Assembly (NCBI GenBank): GCA_964420455.1
Contig: CAYQTO010000005.1
Span: 5,528 to 46,062, forward strand
Reading direction: 5' to 3'
Source of the DNA: an uncultured Candidatus Sumerlaeota bacterium
GTDB lineage: Bacteria > Sumerlaeota > Sumerlaeia > SLMS01
DNA length: 40,535 bases
How positions within the stretch are numbered: position 1 is the first letter of the stretch; each line of letters opens with the position of its first letter. A program made the position numbers and the translations under genes. The notes under the pieces are model-generated. The model was not told where the DNA came from and did no database searches. It worked only from the letters and a program-made list of their open reading frames with translations. This document shows, one piece after another, positions 8,693 through 17,937 of this stretch.

Positions 8693-10935
8693 GTCTCGCT
8701 CTGTCGGGTGTAGTAGCCGTACTTGTAGGTTTCCATCTGGGCGCTGCGCGAGGGGCTCGAGTTGTTGTACACCGCGCCGATGATGTTTGCGCCGACCGCG
8801 TGGAGCTTCTGGCACACGCGGGTCAGGTTCGCCATGGGGGTCCGTCCCTGGAGGACCACGAGGACGACGCCGTCCACCCGGGTCGACAGCACCAGCGGGT
8901 CGGCGATGCCGTCTGCCGGCGGCGAGTCGATGATGATCACGTCGTAGCGTTCCCGCAATTCCACCAGAAGGTTCTGGAGCTTGCGTCCTTCGAGGAGGCT
9001 GATCGGCGACGGCGAGCTGAAGCCCGCCGGCAGCACGTCGAGGTTCTCGTGCTGGCTCGAAAGGACGGCTCGCTCGAGCTCGCACTGGGACGTGATGACA
9101 TCGGTCAGGCCCGGCTGGCGGGGAACCTCGAAAATGCGGTGGATCGACGGCCTCTTGAGGTCGCCATCGATCAGCAACGTCCGCGACCCCTGCTCGGCGG
9201 AGAAAAGCGCCAGATTCGCCGACACCGTCGACTTGCCCTCGCGGGGCCGCGCCGATGTCACCAGCAGCAACTGGTTCCGGCTGTCGACCGCCGTGTAATT
9301 GATCGATGTCCGCAGGTACCGGAACGCCTCCGCGTTCGACTCGCTGGTCCCTTCCCCGGTGGCGAGGACGCCGGGCGCACGTCGCTTGCCGGTCAGGCTC
9401 CGCTTCTTGCCCGCATGCCTGATATACGGCAACACCGCCAGCGAGGGGACGCCCAGCTGGCGCTCGATCACCTCGGGGTTGCGCACCGAGCGGTCGATCC
9501 ACTGGAGGAACAGCACCATGGCGATGCCGGTAAAGAGCCCCATAAAGGCGAAGGACCCGATGGTTCGCGTCACGCTTGGCGAGGAGGGAACCGTCGGGAT
9601 GCTGGCCTCGCTGACCACGGAAACGTTGTTCGGCGCCACATCCACCAGCACCTCGAGCCGGTTTACCTGATCCAGCAGGGCATTGAAGATCTGGCGGGTC
9701 GATTCCACCTCGCGCTGCAGCACGCGGAACTGGATCATCTTTTCGTCGATCTGTTCCAGGGCCGCCTCCTGGACCTGTTCCCGCTCCCGGAGCGACAGGA
9801 GGCGGGACTCCGCCTGGCGCAGTTCGAGCTGCTTCGACGAGACCGCGGCCTGAACGTACTCCTCGGTCTTCTGCGCGACCTGGTCCTCGATGCGGGCGAG
9901 TTGCTGGCGCACGAGCACGAGCGGGCGGTAGTCGTCCTCGTACTCCGCGGCGAGCGTGGCTTCCCTCGCCTCGAGCGCCTCCCGCTGTTCCTTCAGCGGC
10001 GCCAGCACGGTTACCTGGCCGGTCACCAGGGACTTGCGCGCGAGCTCCTCCGCGAACTCCATCTCCGATTTCAGACGGTCGACCGCCTGCAGCTGCGCCT
10101 CCACGGTCCGCCGGATTTCCACCAGGTTGTTGATCGCGAGCTCGCGCGATTCCTCCGTCAGGCGGATGTCCGCCTCGCCGCTGAAGTCGAAGACCGCCTG
10201 CTCCGCCGTCTCCAACCGCGCCTTCGTCTCGTCAATCTGCTCGCGAAGGAACCGCTGCGAGAAGTTGAGCGACTCGCGCTTCTCCTCATGGATGCTGTCG
10301 ATGAACTGGGTGCAGAATTCCTCGCACAGGCGCACCGCCTCGTCGCGCTTGCCGCGGCGCACCCGGATTTCGATCAGCTTGGTGTCGGGGATCTGGTTGA
10401 CGGAGAGACTGCCCAGGAGGGCCCGGGCGCGGTTCTGCTCACGGAGCCGGTCCGAGTTTCCCGTCGGCATCTCGTAAGACACCAGCAGGGAGCGGATGGT
10501 GCCGCGGACCCAGCTGACGGTGCGGTTGAAGTGGCCGAGAGGGGATTGGTCGGGGGGGGCGGGGGCGCCGGCGCTTGGTGTGCCGATGGCATCGAGGACC
10601 GCGGCCGCGATTCGGGGCGATCGGATCAGCTGCACCGCCGTCCGCAATTCGTCGCGCTGATAGATCAGTGAGCTCCGTTCGCCGAAATCCACGATCTGGC
10701 CCGCGGAGGGCTCGAACTTCAGCGTCGCCGTGGAGGTCCACACGGGGTTGGCCCGGCGCAGCTGGACAACCCCGAGGGCCAGAAACAGCACCACAAAAAC
10801 GAGGATCAGGGGGAGCCGGTGCCACAGCAGGAGGAGGTATCGCAGTTCACCGTCCTGCTCCGGTGCCGGGGTCCAGGGGCGGTTTCCAGGCCTCGGGTTC
10901 GCGGCCGAGGAAGGCCCACGGGGGGGGATCGACAT
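8689..10935 (-). CDS. wzc: Polysaccharide co-polymerase / BY tyrosine kinase (Wzc/GumC family)
   Basis: Two TM segments flank a coiled-coil periplasmic region; EAFRYLRT, Walker A TSARPREGKST, LLIDGDLKRP, DVIIIDSPP, C-terminal Tyr cluster YKYGYY. Start ATG 10935 chosen (alternative GTG 10998). Confidence 0.93.
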   Translation of the reverse strand: MSIPPRGPSSAANPRPGNRPWTPAPEQDGELRYLLLLWHRLPLILVFVVLFLALGVVQLRRANPVWTSTATLKFEPSAGQIVDFGERSSLIYQRDELRTAVQLIRSPRIAAAVLDAIGTPSAGAPAPPDQSPLGHFNRTVSWVRGTIRSLLVSYEMPTGNSDRLREQNRARALLGSLSVNQIPDTKLIEIRVRRGKRDEAVRLCEEFCTQFIDSIHEEKRESLNFSQRFLREQIDETKARLETAEQAVFDFSGEADIRLTEESRELAINNLVEIRRTVEAQLQAVDRLKSEMEFAEELARKSLVTGQVTVLAPLKEQREALEAREATLAAEYEDDYRPLVLVRQQLARIEDQVAQKTEEYVQAAVSSKQLELRQAESRLLSLREREQVQEAALEQIDEKMIQFRVLQREVESTRQIFNALLDQVNRLEVLVDVAPNNVSVVSEASIPTVPSSPSVTRTIGSFAFMGLFTGIAMVLFLQWIDRSVRNPEVIERQLGVPSLAVLPYIRHAGKKRSLTGKRRAPGVLATGEGTSESNAEAFRYLRTSINYTAVDSRNQLLLVTSARPREGKSTVSANLALFSAEQGSRTLLIDGDLKRPSIHRIFEVPRQPGLTDVITSQCELERAVLSSQHENLDVLPAGFSSPSPISLLEGRKLQNLLVELRERYDVIIIDSPPADGIADPLVLSTRVDGVVLVVLQGRTPMANLTRVCQKLHAVGANIIGAVYNNSSPSRSAQMETYKYGYYTRQSET

Positions 10936-11008
10936 AGGGAGGCGTACATCCTTCACACAAGCAAAGTTCGGAAAGTGGTCCGGAAACTCCGAAGCCACGC
11001 AACCCCAT

Positions 11009-12385
11009 TCATTCGTCAGAATCAGAGATTGTCAGCGCTCGTGCGCTACAGACAAAGGCCAGCGCCGCCAATGTCTGGAAACCGATTGTGGGAATCCTCA
11101 GGGGGAAGTCGGTGAAACTGTGCAGTAGCAACGTGGCCACGCCGACCACGACTGCCCGCTGGAGAAACCGCAGCGAGCGCGATCCCCGGCGAATAAATCG
11201 CCTCATGATCATCCACACCGCTGCCAGGAAAAGCCCCCCACCGACAACCAAACCCACCAGCCCCATCTCCGCAAGGTACTGGACGTAGTCATTGTGCGCG
11301 TGCACGGGAACCTTGCGCGCGATGAAGTTCCCCAACTCGATATTCAGGATGAACTCCCCACCCCCCGGCCCGACCCCCAAACCATAGCTCGCCGCGAAGG
11401 CACTCAGGCAGGCCAGCCAGAACTCCACACGCCCCTTCAACTGCCCCGCCTGCGACGGGTCGAACCGCTCGCCGTACTCCTCGGCGACCCCAATAAGGAT
11501 GAGCATCGCCAGCACGCCGACCACCGCGCCTGTCAGCAGTGCGGCGGGATTCTCCAGCACCCGGAGGCCCAGGGCCCGGCGGTTCTCCCAAAGGGCCCAC
11601 GCCACAAGGGCCCCCACACCAACCAGCAGCGAGGACCGGGAGAAGGACACGAGCCAGCCGAGCGCCGCCGCCGCGATAAGCACCCCGACCAACAGGGCCC
11701 GGTCGCCCCGCGCTGTCTGGGTCAGCGGATCGTCGCCACCGCCACCCCGCCCACGCACCACCAACGCGATTGCCGGCGGCAAGCCCAGCAACACCGCTGC
11801 AGCGTGGTGATTCGGATTGTAAAGCGCCGCGTTCGCCCGCGCCGCATTGCCCAGGACATAGCGCCCCAGGCCCCACCACCCTTCGATCATCGCCAACCCG
11901 ATCACACCCCCCAGCACCACATACCGCGCCCCGCGATTCCGACATGCCACAATCGCCATCAGGAAGAAGCCCAGCGACGCCAGCCACTGGTTGACCGCAT
12001 CAAGACCCGCCTGGGGCGCGAGCCCGAGAGGGGTCCACGCGACCGGCTCGAGCCCGGCACCCTCCCGCGCCTGCCGCATCATCGTCCAATAAGGCGAAAT
12101 TGCCTGCGCCAGTCCTCCGGGAACCGGCGCCAGGTACAACGCTCCCCAAAGCGCGGAAAACAGCAGCAACCCGGCGATCGAAAGCGCGGCCGGCGACATG
12201 GGAAGTCCCCCATTCGGCCGCTGGACCACCAATAATACCGCCGCCAGCGCCCCCCCGATCCCGCAAACCGTGAACACCGCCGCCCTCGGCACCGTCACCA
12301 GCGCGAAGCCCTCGAAGCCAAGCCCCGCCAGCAGCAGCCCCGCACAGATCACGGCGAATACCCAGGACAACGTGCTCTCCATCAT
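11009..12385 (-). CDS. O-antigen ligase-like (Wzy_C) membrane protein
   Basis: Many TM segments; motifs YNPNH, SFSRS, HAHNDYVQYLAEMGLVG, LHSFTDFPLRIP. Confidence 0.88.
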   Translation of the reverse strand: MMESTLSWVFAVICAGLLLAGLGFEGFALVTVPRAAVFTVCGIGGALAAVLLVVQRPNGGLPMSPAALSIAGLLLFSALWGALYLAPVPGGLAQAISPYWTMMRQAREGAGLEPVAWTPLGLAPQAGLDAVNQWLASLGFFLMAIVACRNRGARYVVLGGVIGLAMIEGWWGLGRYVLGNAARANAALYNPNHHAAAVLLGLPPAIALVVRGRGGGGDDPLTQTARGDRALLVGVLIAAAALGWLVSFSRSSLLVGVGALVAWALWENRRALGLRVLENPAALLTGAVVGVLAMLILIGVAEEYGERFDPSQAGQLKGRVEFWLACLSAFAASYGLGVGPGGGEFILNIELGNFIARKVPVHAHNDYVQYLAEMGLVGLVVGGGLFLAAVWMIMRRFIRRGSRSLRFLQRAVVVGVATLLLHSFTDFPLRIPTIGFQTLAALAFVCSARALTISDSDE

Positions 12386-13626
12386 TCGCTTGCCGGAGCC
12401 TCCTCCGCGACCGCGATCGACAGATTGCCGACAAGCACCCTCGCCTCTCCCGCGACCCCGTTGTGCCTCATCTGGAGCACCAGCGAGGCGACCTCGCCCT
12501 CCCGCGAGGAGGGAACCAACACCCGAAGCACCTTGGTGCCCTCCTCACCCAGCGACTCCCCACGATGCCGCTTGCCGGCCGCCTGTGCCTGAAACTCCAC
12601 CGTCGCCGAACCCGGCGGGTCCGCCGTCACCTCGATCGTCGCCCGCAAGGGAGGCGACCCTGCCGGCAACACGAACTGATGAAACTGCCAGGCGGCGCTG
12701 CGCCCACCGTTGTGCTCCAGCTCGACGCGCACTCGCCGCCCGTATTCCCCCCCCTCGTCCAGCGATCCGGAAACGAAACGGTTCATCGGCAGCGGCTGCC
12801 ACCCGAGGGGGAAGGCAGCCCGGTCGAAGACCGCCAGGGTCGGCTCCCGCGGGCCATACAGGATCGGGGTTCCGCCCACAGTTCTCAGGCCCTCCGGCGC
12901 ATTGCGCCGCCACACCCGGAGCAGCGCCGCCGGCACCACCGGATTCATCAACCGCCGGGCGAGCTGGCTCGAGGTGTCCGAAACCGAAAGGGCTGCTTCC
13001 GGCATCAGGCCAAAGACCCCCTGGTTGAACTCCAGGTTGTTTCCAAGGAGCAGAAGGGCGAGGCGGCCTGCCTCCGCCGGATCTTCGGCCAGGGGGAGAA
13101 CCAGACCATAAACCTCCGGCGGCGTGAGCCCGCTCTGGAGGAGCGCCCGTGTGGCGTCCGTCCGCCCTGCGGGGTCCAGCCGTGCGTTTGACAAAGCCGA
13201 CTCGATGGCCCGGTCGCGGTCGCCCAGGGCGCTATAGAGCGGGGCGGTCTCGTTCCTAAGCAGGGGATTGGCGGGCGCGAGTGCCTCCGCTGTCGCCAAC
13301 GCGCTGGCAGCCTGCCCGGTCCTTCCCTCGTTGATGCGCAGCCAGGCGAGCTCGGTCCACAGGAGCGGCTCGAAGGGCGAGAGGGTCATCGCCTCGCCAA
13401 GCAGTTCCTCCGCCCCCTCGATATCGGGAGGGAACCGCTGGTCCCAACGGGCGCGGGTCGCCTTCTGGAGGGCGAGGACCCGGCGGGGCACCTCCTCGTT
13501 GGGAGTCAGCGCCAGATCGTCGACTGAAAGCTCCAACGCCAGCGAACCCGCCTGTGACGGTGGCCAGACGGAGAAGGGCAAAAGGGCGAGGATCAGCGCC
13601 GGCAGCAGCGGCAGGTAGCGGAGCAA
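12382..13626 (-). CDS. Membrane-anchored or exported TPR-containing protein
   Basis: Hydrophobic N-terminus; TPR-like helices (EAMTLSPFEPLLWTELAW, AEALAPANP); beta-rich C-terminus; stop overlaps the ligase start (ATGA). TTG start uncertain. Confidence 0.7.
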   Translation of the reverse strand: MLRYLPLLPALILALLPFSVWPPSQAGSLALELSVDDLALTPNEEVPRRVLALQKATRARWDQRFPPDIEGAEELLGEAMTLSPFEPLLWTELAWLRINEGRTGQAASALATAEALAPANPLLRNETAPLYSALGDRDRAIESALSNARLDPAGRTDATRALLQSGLTPPEVYGLVLPLAEDPAEAGRLALLLLGNNLEFNQGVFGLMPEAALSVSDTSSQLARRLMNPVVPAALLRVWRRNAPEGLRTVGGTPILYGPREPTLAVFDRAAFPLGWQPLPMNRFVSGSLDEGGEYGRRVRVELEHNGGRSAAWQFHQFVLPAGSPPLRATIEVTADPPGSATVEFQAQAAGKRHRGESLGEEGTKVLRVLVPSSREGEVASLVLQMRHNGVAGEARVLVGNLSIAVAEEAPASE

Positions 13627-13820
13627 AACGGGGGATCTTGGAGCGATGGATTTTGGGTGGGTGTCTGTAAACTAAAGATGGGGCAATCGGTTCTTCGCGA
13701 CCCACCGGGGCAAGGAAGGAACGTTGGAAAAAGTGATTTTGATGGAGAGGCAGGGGGGTGCGGCCCGGAAAGTGGGCCGCACTCAGCGCACGAGGGCGGA
13801 AAAGTAAAGGCTTTTACATT

Positions 13821-14810
13821 TTATTGCTCGTCGAAAACAACCTCATCTATCGAATCGTTGGTGGGATCCGTCACGGCCGCCTGCCGGTCGAAGAGCGGCT
13901 TGCGGTTGGCCTCGGAACTCGGGGTGCGGGGGGTGGCGGCGCTCCACGGAAACGGGGTTGCACCAACCTGACGCAGGTGCGTCACCGGCTGAACGGGAGG
14001 CACCCCACTCGGCGCGGTGTCGCGCCGCGACGGCTCGATGATCTCGCTTTCGTGGGGCTTGGGGGCGTGGGGATTGTTCGCATACAGCTTGGCCCGCATG
14101 GAATCCACCGCTTCTTTGCGGCGCCGCGAGGATTCGTCCGATTCCAGCGACAGCCCCTTGGGGACCTTCACCTTCGATCCGCTGGAGACAGAGAATCGCC
14201 TTGAGGAAACCAGCTCCCCGCTGCGCCGCTGCATGTCTTCCTCGCTCTCGACGGCGCGCCGCGGGGTTTCCTCCTTGCGCTTGGGAAGCTCCGCCTTGGG
14301 CCGGACAGGCATCGCCTGAGGGGCTGGCTCACGCCGCCAGTTTGTACCGCTCTGGTCCGCCATGGCGCCGAGAAACTGAATCCTCAACGCCTTGAGGATG
14401 TCCTTTCGGGGACTCACCGCGAAGGGCACCTCCCGGTAATCGGGAAAAAAGGCATGCATGGCCTTGTTCAGGCCGAAATTGGCGGCGTCTCCCAGTATCT
14501 CCTCCGAGGGGGTCACACTCCACTTGGCGAGGAGTTCCTGCAACTGAACGTAGGCTTGCATCGTGGCGTAGCCGATGAAGGCGCCGTACTTCTCTTCCAT
14601 TGGGGGAGGGCTCCAGGCGTGCACGGAGGTACACACGGTTTCGTGTAATGCCTTACCCGTTAGCGATTTTGGGTCCGAGTCAATCAGGAACGCTCGTGCA
14701 CCGTAACTTCTGATTTTCGAAAGCCCCGGTTTCAGCGTTTGCCCCCAAGCCTCTGGGGGGATCACGCAAATGTGCAGACGTAAATGCCCACCCGGCACGG
14801 ATTTGTGCAC
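13821..14810 (-). CDS. Hypothetical protein (globular N-half, disordered S/R/P-rich C-half)
   Basis: 329-aa ORF with protein-like composition filling the gap; GTG start uncertain; no family recognised. Confidence 0.65.
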   Translation of the reverse strand: MHKSVPGGHLRLHICVIPPEAWGQTLKPGLSKIRSYGARAFLIDSDPKSLTGKALHETVCTSVHAWSPPPMEEKYGAFIGYATMQAYVQLQELLAKWSVTPSEEILGDAANFGLNKAMHAFFPDYREVPFAVSPRKDILKALRIQFLGAMADQSGTNWRREPAPQAMPVRPKAELPKRKEETPRRAVESEEDMQRRSGELVSSRRFSVSSGSKVKVPKGLSLESDESSRRRKEAVDSMRAKLYANNPHAPKPHESEIIEPSRRDTAPSGVPPVQPVTHLRQVGATPFPWSAATPRTPSSEANRKPLFDRQAAVTDPTNDSIDEVVFDEQ

Positions 14811-14852
14811 CTCGGGAGATTTTGCCGGTGCAGGGTTTCATTCCGCAATTTC

Positions 14853-14867
14853 CTGCGTGACACGCAG
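14853..14867. promoter_or_regulatory. Perfect 7-1-7 palindrome in divergent intergenic region (candidate operator)
   Basis: CTGCGTG-A-CACGCAG lies between the starts at 14810(-) and 14922(+). Confidence 0.35.
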
Positions 14868-14921
14868 CCGAAACGTCCCATCCTGTGGGGCGAATCTGGA
14901 CCCCGCTGGAAGGATTGAATC

Positions 14922-15704
14922 GTGGCGAAGCGCCTCAGCCTCCTTGTCTATACAGATAGCCGGACCCCACTTGAAACCAGCCAAAGCGCCGATGGCGACG
15001 TCCTCCTCCGCTCGGAGTTCGGTGTTCCCCTGCTTTGGATCTTCTGTTTCGGAGGCCGGAACATCTGGGAACCGGGGGATGACATCGCCGCCCGCGGAGG
15101 CGCCGTCGGAAGCCGCAACATCTACGAAACCCCGGTCGATGTGGCCCTGACGCGCCTCCAATATGCCACCTCCGCCCTTGGCGGGTCCCGCTACCTCTGG
15201 CCGTTCCTCTGCCCCCTTCCCATCCTCGAACGGCGCCTGCGCGCCCGCGGCCGCCAGGGCTTTGTTCGCGTCGTCGCCCCCTGGATCCTGACCCTGGCGG
15301 AAAACGATCTCGACCGCTGGCGCGCCACCACCGCCTTCGCCGAAAACTGCGTTCACCACGCCGACGTGGACCGCATGCGGGAGGCGCGGCTCGCCCTCCG
15401 CCAGTTCGAGGCCTTTTGCCCCTTCGTCCCCCACGGCGACGGGCGCGACCTCGACCGCATGGAGAAGCTCAAGGTCTACCGCGACCGCCCCGAGATCCTG
15501 CGTCTGGTCGCCCTCATGATCGGCGATGGCACTGCCGAGGACGTCCTCCAGCGGGGTATCGAGCGCGACGTTATCCCCCAATTTGAGAAGGCACGGCACC
15601 TCGAGCCCCTCAAGGAGGAGCCCCTCAAGCCCTTCCCCGACGAGGAGGGGGCGTCATCCAGCAGTTTGCTGGGCAGGGTGGCTGGCTTGTTCCGGCGGAG
15701 ATAA
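14922..15704 (+). CDS. Hypothetical protein with C-terminal amphipathic helix
   Basis: 260 aa, strong GC3 codon bias, GTG start after AAGGA; ends SLLGRVAGLFRRR. Confidence 0.75.
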   Translation: MAKRLSLLVYTDSRTPLETSQSADGDVLLRSEFGVPLLWIFCFGGRNIWEPGDDIAARGGAVGSRNIYETPVDVALTRLQYATSALGGSRYLWPFLCPLPILERRLRARGRQGFVRVVAPWILTLAENDLDRWRATTAFAENCVHHADVDRMREARLALRQFEAFCPFVPHGDGRDLDRMEKLKVYRDRPEILRLVALMIGDGTAEDVLQRGIERDVIPQFEKARHLEPLKEEPLKPFPDEEGASSSSLLGRVAGLFRRR

Positions 15705-15707
15705 GGC

Positions 15708-16529
15708 CTATCGCGTGAGCTGCTCGGGCACCACGGGGCTCACCGGCGGGGCTGGCTGAAAAAAGTTCCCATCCCCGTCATCATCATCATCGTCATCATC
15801 GCCGCCGATGCCGAGGATGTCGTCGCGGGCGTCATCGCTGATAAGGACGTAGGCGACCGCTCCGGCGGCGGCTGCACCACCGCCGATCGCCGCCCAGCGC
15901 CAGAACGGCGCCGCTTCGTCCCGGTCCTGCGAATCCTGGTTCCGGACCTCGCTCTGGGTCGGCTCGACTTCGGCAATCTGCAGGCCGGGCAGCGGGAAAG
16001 CTTCCCAACGGCCAAGGGGATCACGCACGAGGCGGATGACATCCGTGTGGCCCAGCACCGCCACCTGGGTTCCCGAGGCGGTATCACGGACCGCAAGCGT
16101 CCGGCCGGCGCCCGCCACCCGAACCTCGTCGGGGCTGATGCGGCGAACGGCCATCATGCCCGGTTCGTCGCCAGCGGCCGCCTCAATCGCCAGCGATTCC
16201 ACCCGCAGGATGGCCCCGTCACCGCCCTCGAAGCTCAAGGCTCCGTTGCCGCTCCGGAGCGTAACCGTCGTCGCCTCCTGGACTTCCGCCGCCGAATCGC
16301 TGTTGAGCAGCAGGGCGCTCCCTTGGGCCGTCTGGACGATCAGCGGCGCTGCCGTCGAGGCGATCCGGTCGCCAGCCTCGATGCCGGTCGTGGCATGGGC
16401 GCCGGGTTTGTGCTCCACCCCCTGACGGACGATGCGATAGGGTGCGGGCGAATCCGCCGTTCCCACCATCCCGGCCGGGACAGAGGCGGCAAACAGCAGA
16501 CAGGCAAGGACCGGGACCGTGGGCTTCAT
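15708..16529 (-). CDS. Secreted/membrane-anchored protein, FecR-like beta domain, Gly/Ala TM and poly-Asp tail
   Basis: Signal peptide MKPTVPVLACLLFAASVPA; FecR-like segment IEAGDRIAST...GSALLLNSDS...LRSG; TM WAAIGGGAAAAGAVAYVLI; run of Asp residues. Confidence 0.75.
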   Translation of the reverse strand: MKPTVPVLACLLFAASVPAGMVGTADSPAPYRIVRQGVEHKPGAHATTGIEAGDRIASTAAPLIVQTAQGSALLLNSDSAAEVQEATTVTLRSGNGALSFEGGDGAILRVESLAIEAAAGDEPGMMAVRRISPDEVRVAGAGRTLAVRDTASGTQVAVLGHTDVIRLVRDPLGRWEAFPLPGLQIAEVEPTQSEVRNQDSQDRDEAAPFWRWAAIGGGAAAAGAVAYVLISDDARDDILGIGGDDDDDDDDGDGNFFQPAPPVSPVVPEQLTR

Positions 16530-16621
16530 GGCAGCTCGCTCGTGTGCGAAAAGTTCACCTACCGCATGGCATTCGCTTCCCGCCCTCCGGGTCCGTCAAG
16601 GCGAGAGTCGCGGCGGCGGTC

Positions 16622-17839
16622 CTAGATGGCGAAGTCGCCGGAGGGCTCGCGACGGGGCGTGTTTGATTCCCGGTCCCGCTGGAGGTTGTTCAGCTTGTAC
16701 TGAAAGTAGGGTGTGAACAGCTCCGGCTCGAGGAGGAAGGAGTCGTGCCCCTTGTCCGAATGCACGGTGATGTGCTGGTAATTGATCCTGTTGGTCTTCA
16801 AGGCCTCGGCGATTTCGATCTGCTCCCCGGGGTAGAAACACACGTCGGAGTTGATCGAGAAAACGAGCCAGTCCTGGCCCTTGCAGCGGGCGAGGGCGCG
16901 GTTGGCGTTCCCGCTGGCGAGGTCCCGTGGAAGGTCGAACATCTGCCAGGCGTTGATGATCCTTAGGTAGGAGTTCGCGTCGAAGCGCTGGACAAATTTC
17001 CGCCCCTGGTGGATGATATAGGATTCGACCTGGTGTTGGAGCCGGTAGCCGGAAAGGTAGTCGGTGGGCTGGATGATGGTCTTGCGGGCCCTTTGCTCCA
17101 TGAGTGTCAGGGAGACGAAGCTCTTGTGGCTGATGATGCGTGCGAGGGTCAGGCCGGAGGTGGGCGGGTCGCCGTCGTAGTAGTCGCCGCCGCGGAAGTT
17201 TGGGTCCTCCTCGATGGCGTAGATCTGTTCGAAGTTGTAGGCCTTGGCGAGGACCGTTGCACGGAGGCCTGCCGCAATGGGGAACACCCCGAGGACGCGG
17301 CGGGGAAACCTTGCGGCGAAATCGATCGCGCAGAATCCCCCCAGCGAGGCACCCACCACGCCGGTCAGCGTCTGGATCCCGAGCTGGTCCAGCAGTCGGA
17401 CGTTCGCGTTCACAATGTCGTGGATGGAGGGATAGGGAAAACGGCTGCCGTACGGCTTTCCGTCCGCAGGGTGGGGGCTCATCGGGCCCGTGGACCCGTA
17501 GCAGCCCCCCGGATAGTTCGCGCAGATGACGAAGAACCGGCGCGTGTCGAGCGCCCGATTCGGGCCAACGAAGCCATCCCACCAGCCCGCCTGGCATTCC
17601 GGCGTCCACAGCGGGTTGTCGCCAGGCCCCTCGGGGTCCTTCCCCGCCAGATTGGGCGAGCCGCTCAGCGCGTGAAACACCAGGATCGCATTGTCCCGCT
17701 GGGGGCTCAACGTCCCGTAGGTCTTGTAGCCGAGAACCAGCGGATCCGCCCGCGATCCGTCCTGGAAAAAGAACGGGTTCTCCTCCGACGAGATGGTCGA
17801 GAACTGAAACGGAACGTTGTCGACGGTTGTGTTGGGCAA
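16622..17839 (-). CDS. metX: Homoserine O-acyltransferase (MetX family)
   Basis: HALSG, GWWDGFVGP, GGCYGSTGP, nucleophile GASLGG, RFDANSY, GHDSFL. TTG start at 17839 inferred; the longer ORF overlaps the PhzF gene. Confidence 0.92.
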   Translation of the reverse strand: MPNTTVDNVPFQFSTISSEENPFFFQDGSRADPLVLGYKTYGTLSPQRDNAILVFHALSGSPNLAGKDPEGPGDNPLWTPECQAGWWDGFVGPNRALDTRRFFVICANYPGGCYGSTGPMSPHPADGKPYGSRFPYPSIHDIVNANVRLLDQLGIQTLTGVVGASLGGFCAIDFAARFPRRVLGVFPIAAGLRATVLAKAYNFEQIYAIEEDPNFRGGDYYDGDPPTSGLTLARIISHKSFVSLTLMEQRARKTIIQPTDYLSGYRLQHQVESYIIHQGRKFVQRFDANSYLRIINAWQMFDLPRDLASGNANRALARCKGQDWLVFSINSDVCFYPGEQIEIAEALKTNRINYQHITVHSDKGHDSFLLEPELFTPYFQYKLNNLQRDRESNTPRREPSGDFAI

Positions 17840-17937
17840 CTTGGGCGGACTCGGCCTGGATGGATAACCTTCAAGGGGGTTGGGGTATGGCGGCGTCGGG
17901 GATCCGGGGCAAAGAGAGATTCCAGCCCCCGGCAGCC

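Noticed and set aside
17840-17937. SAM riboswitch upstream of metX
   Set aside because: Only about 100 nt of leader; no SAM-I core (ATCxAGAG...GCAACC) or terminator recognised.
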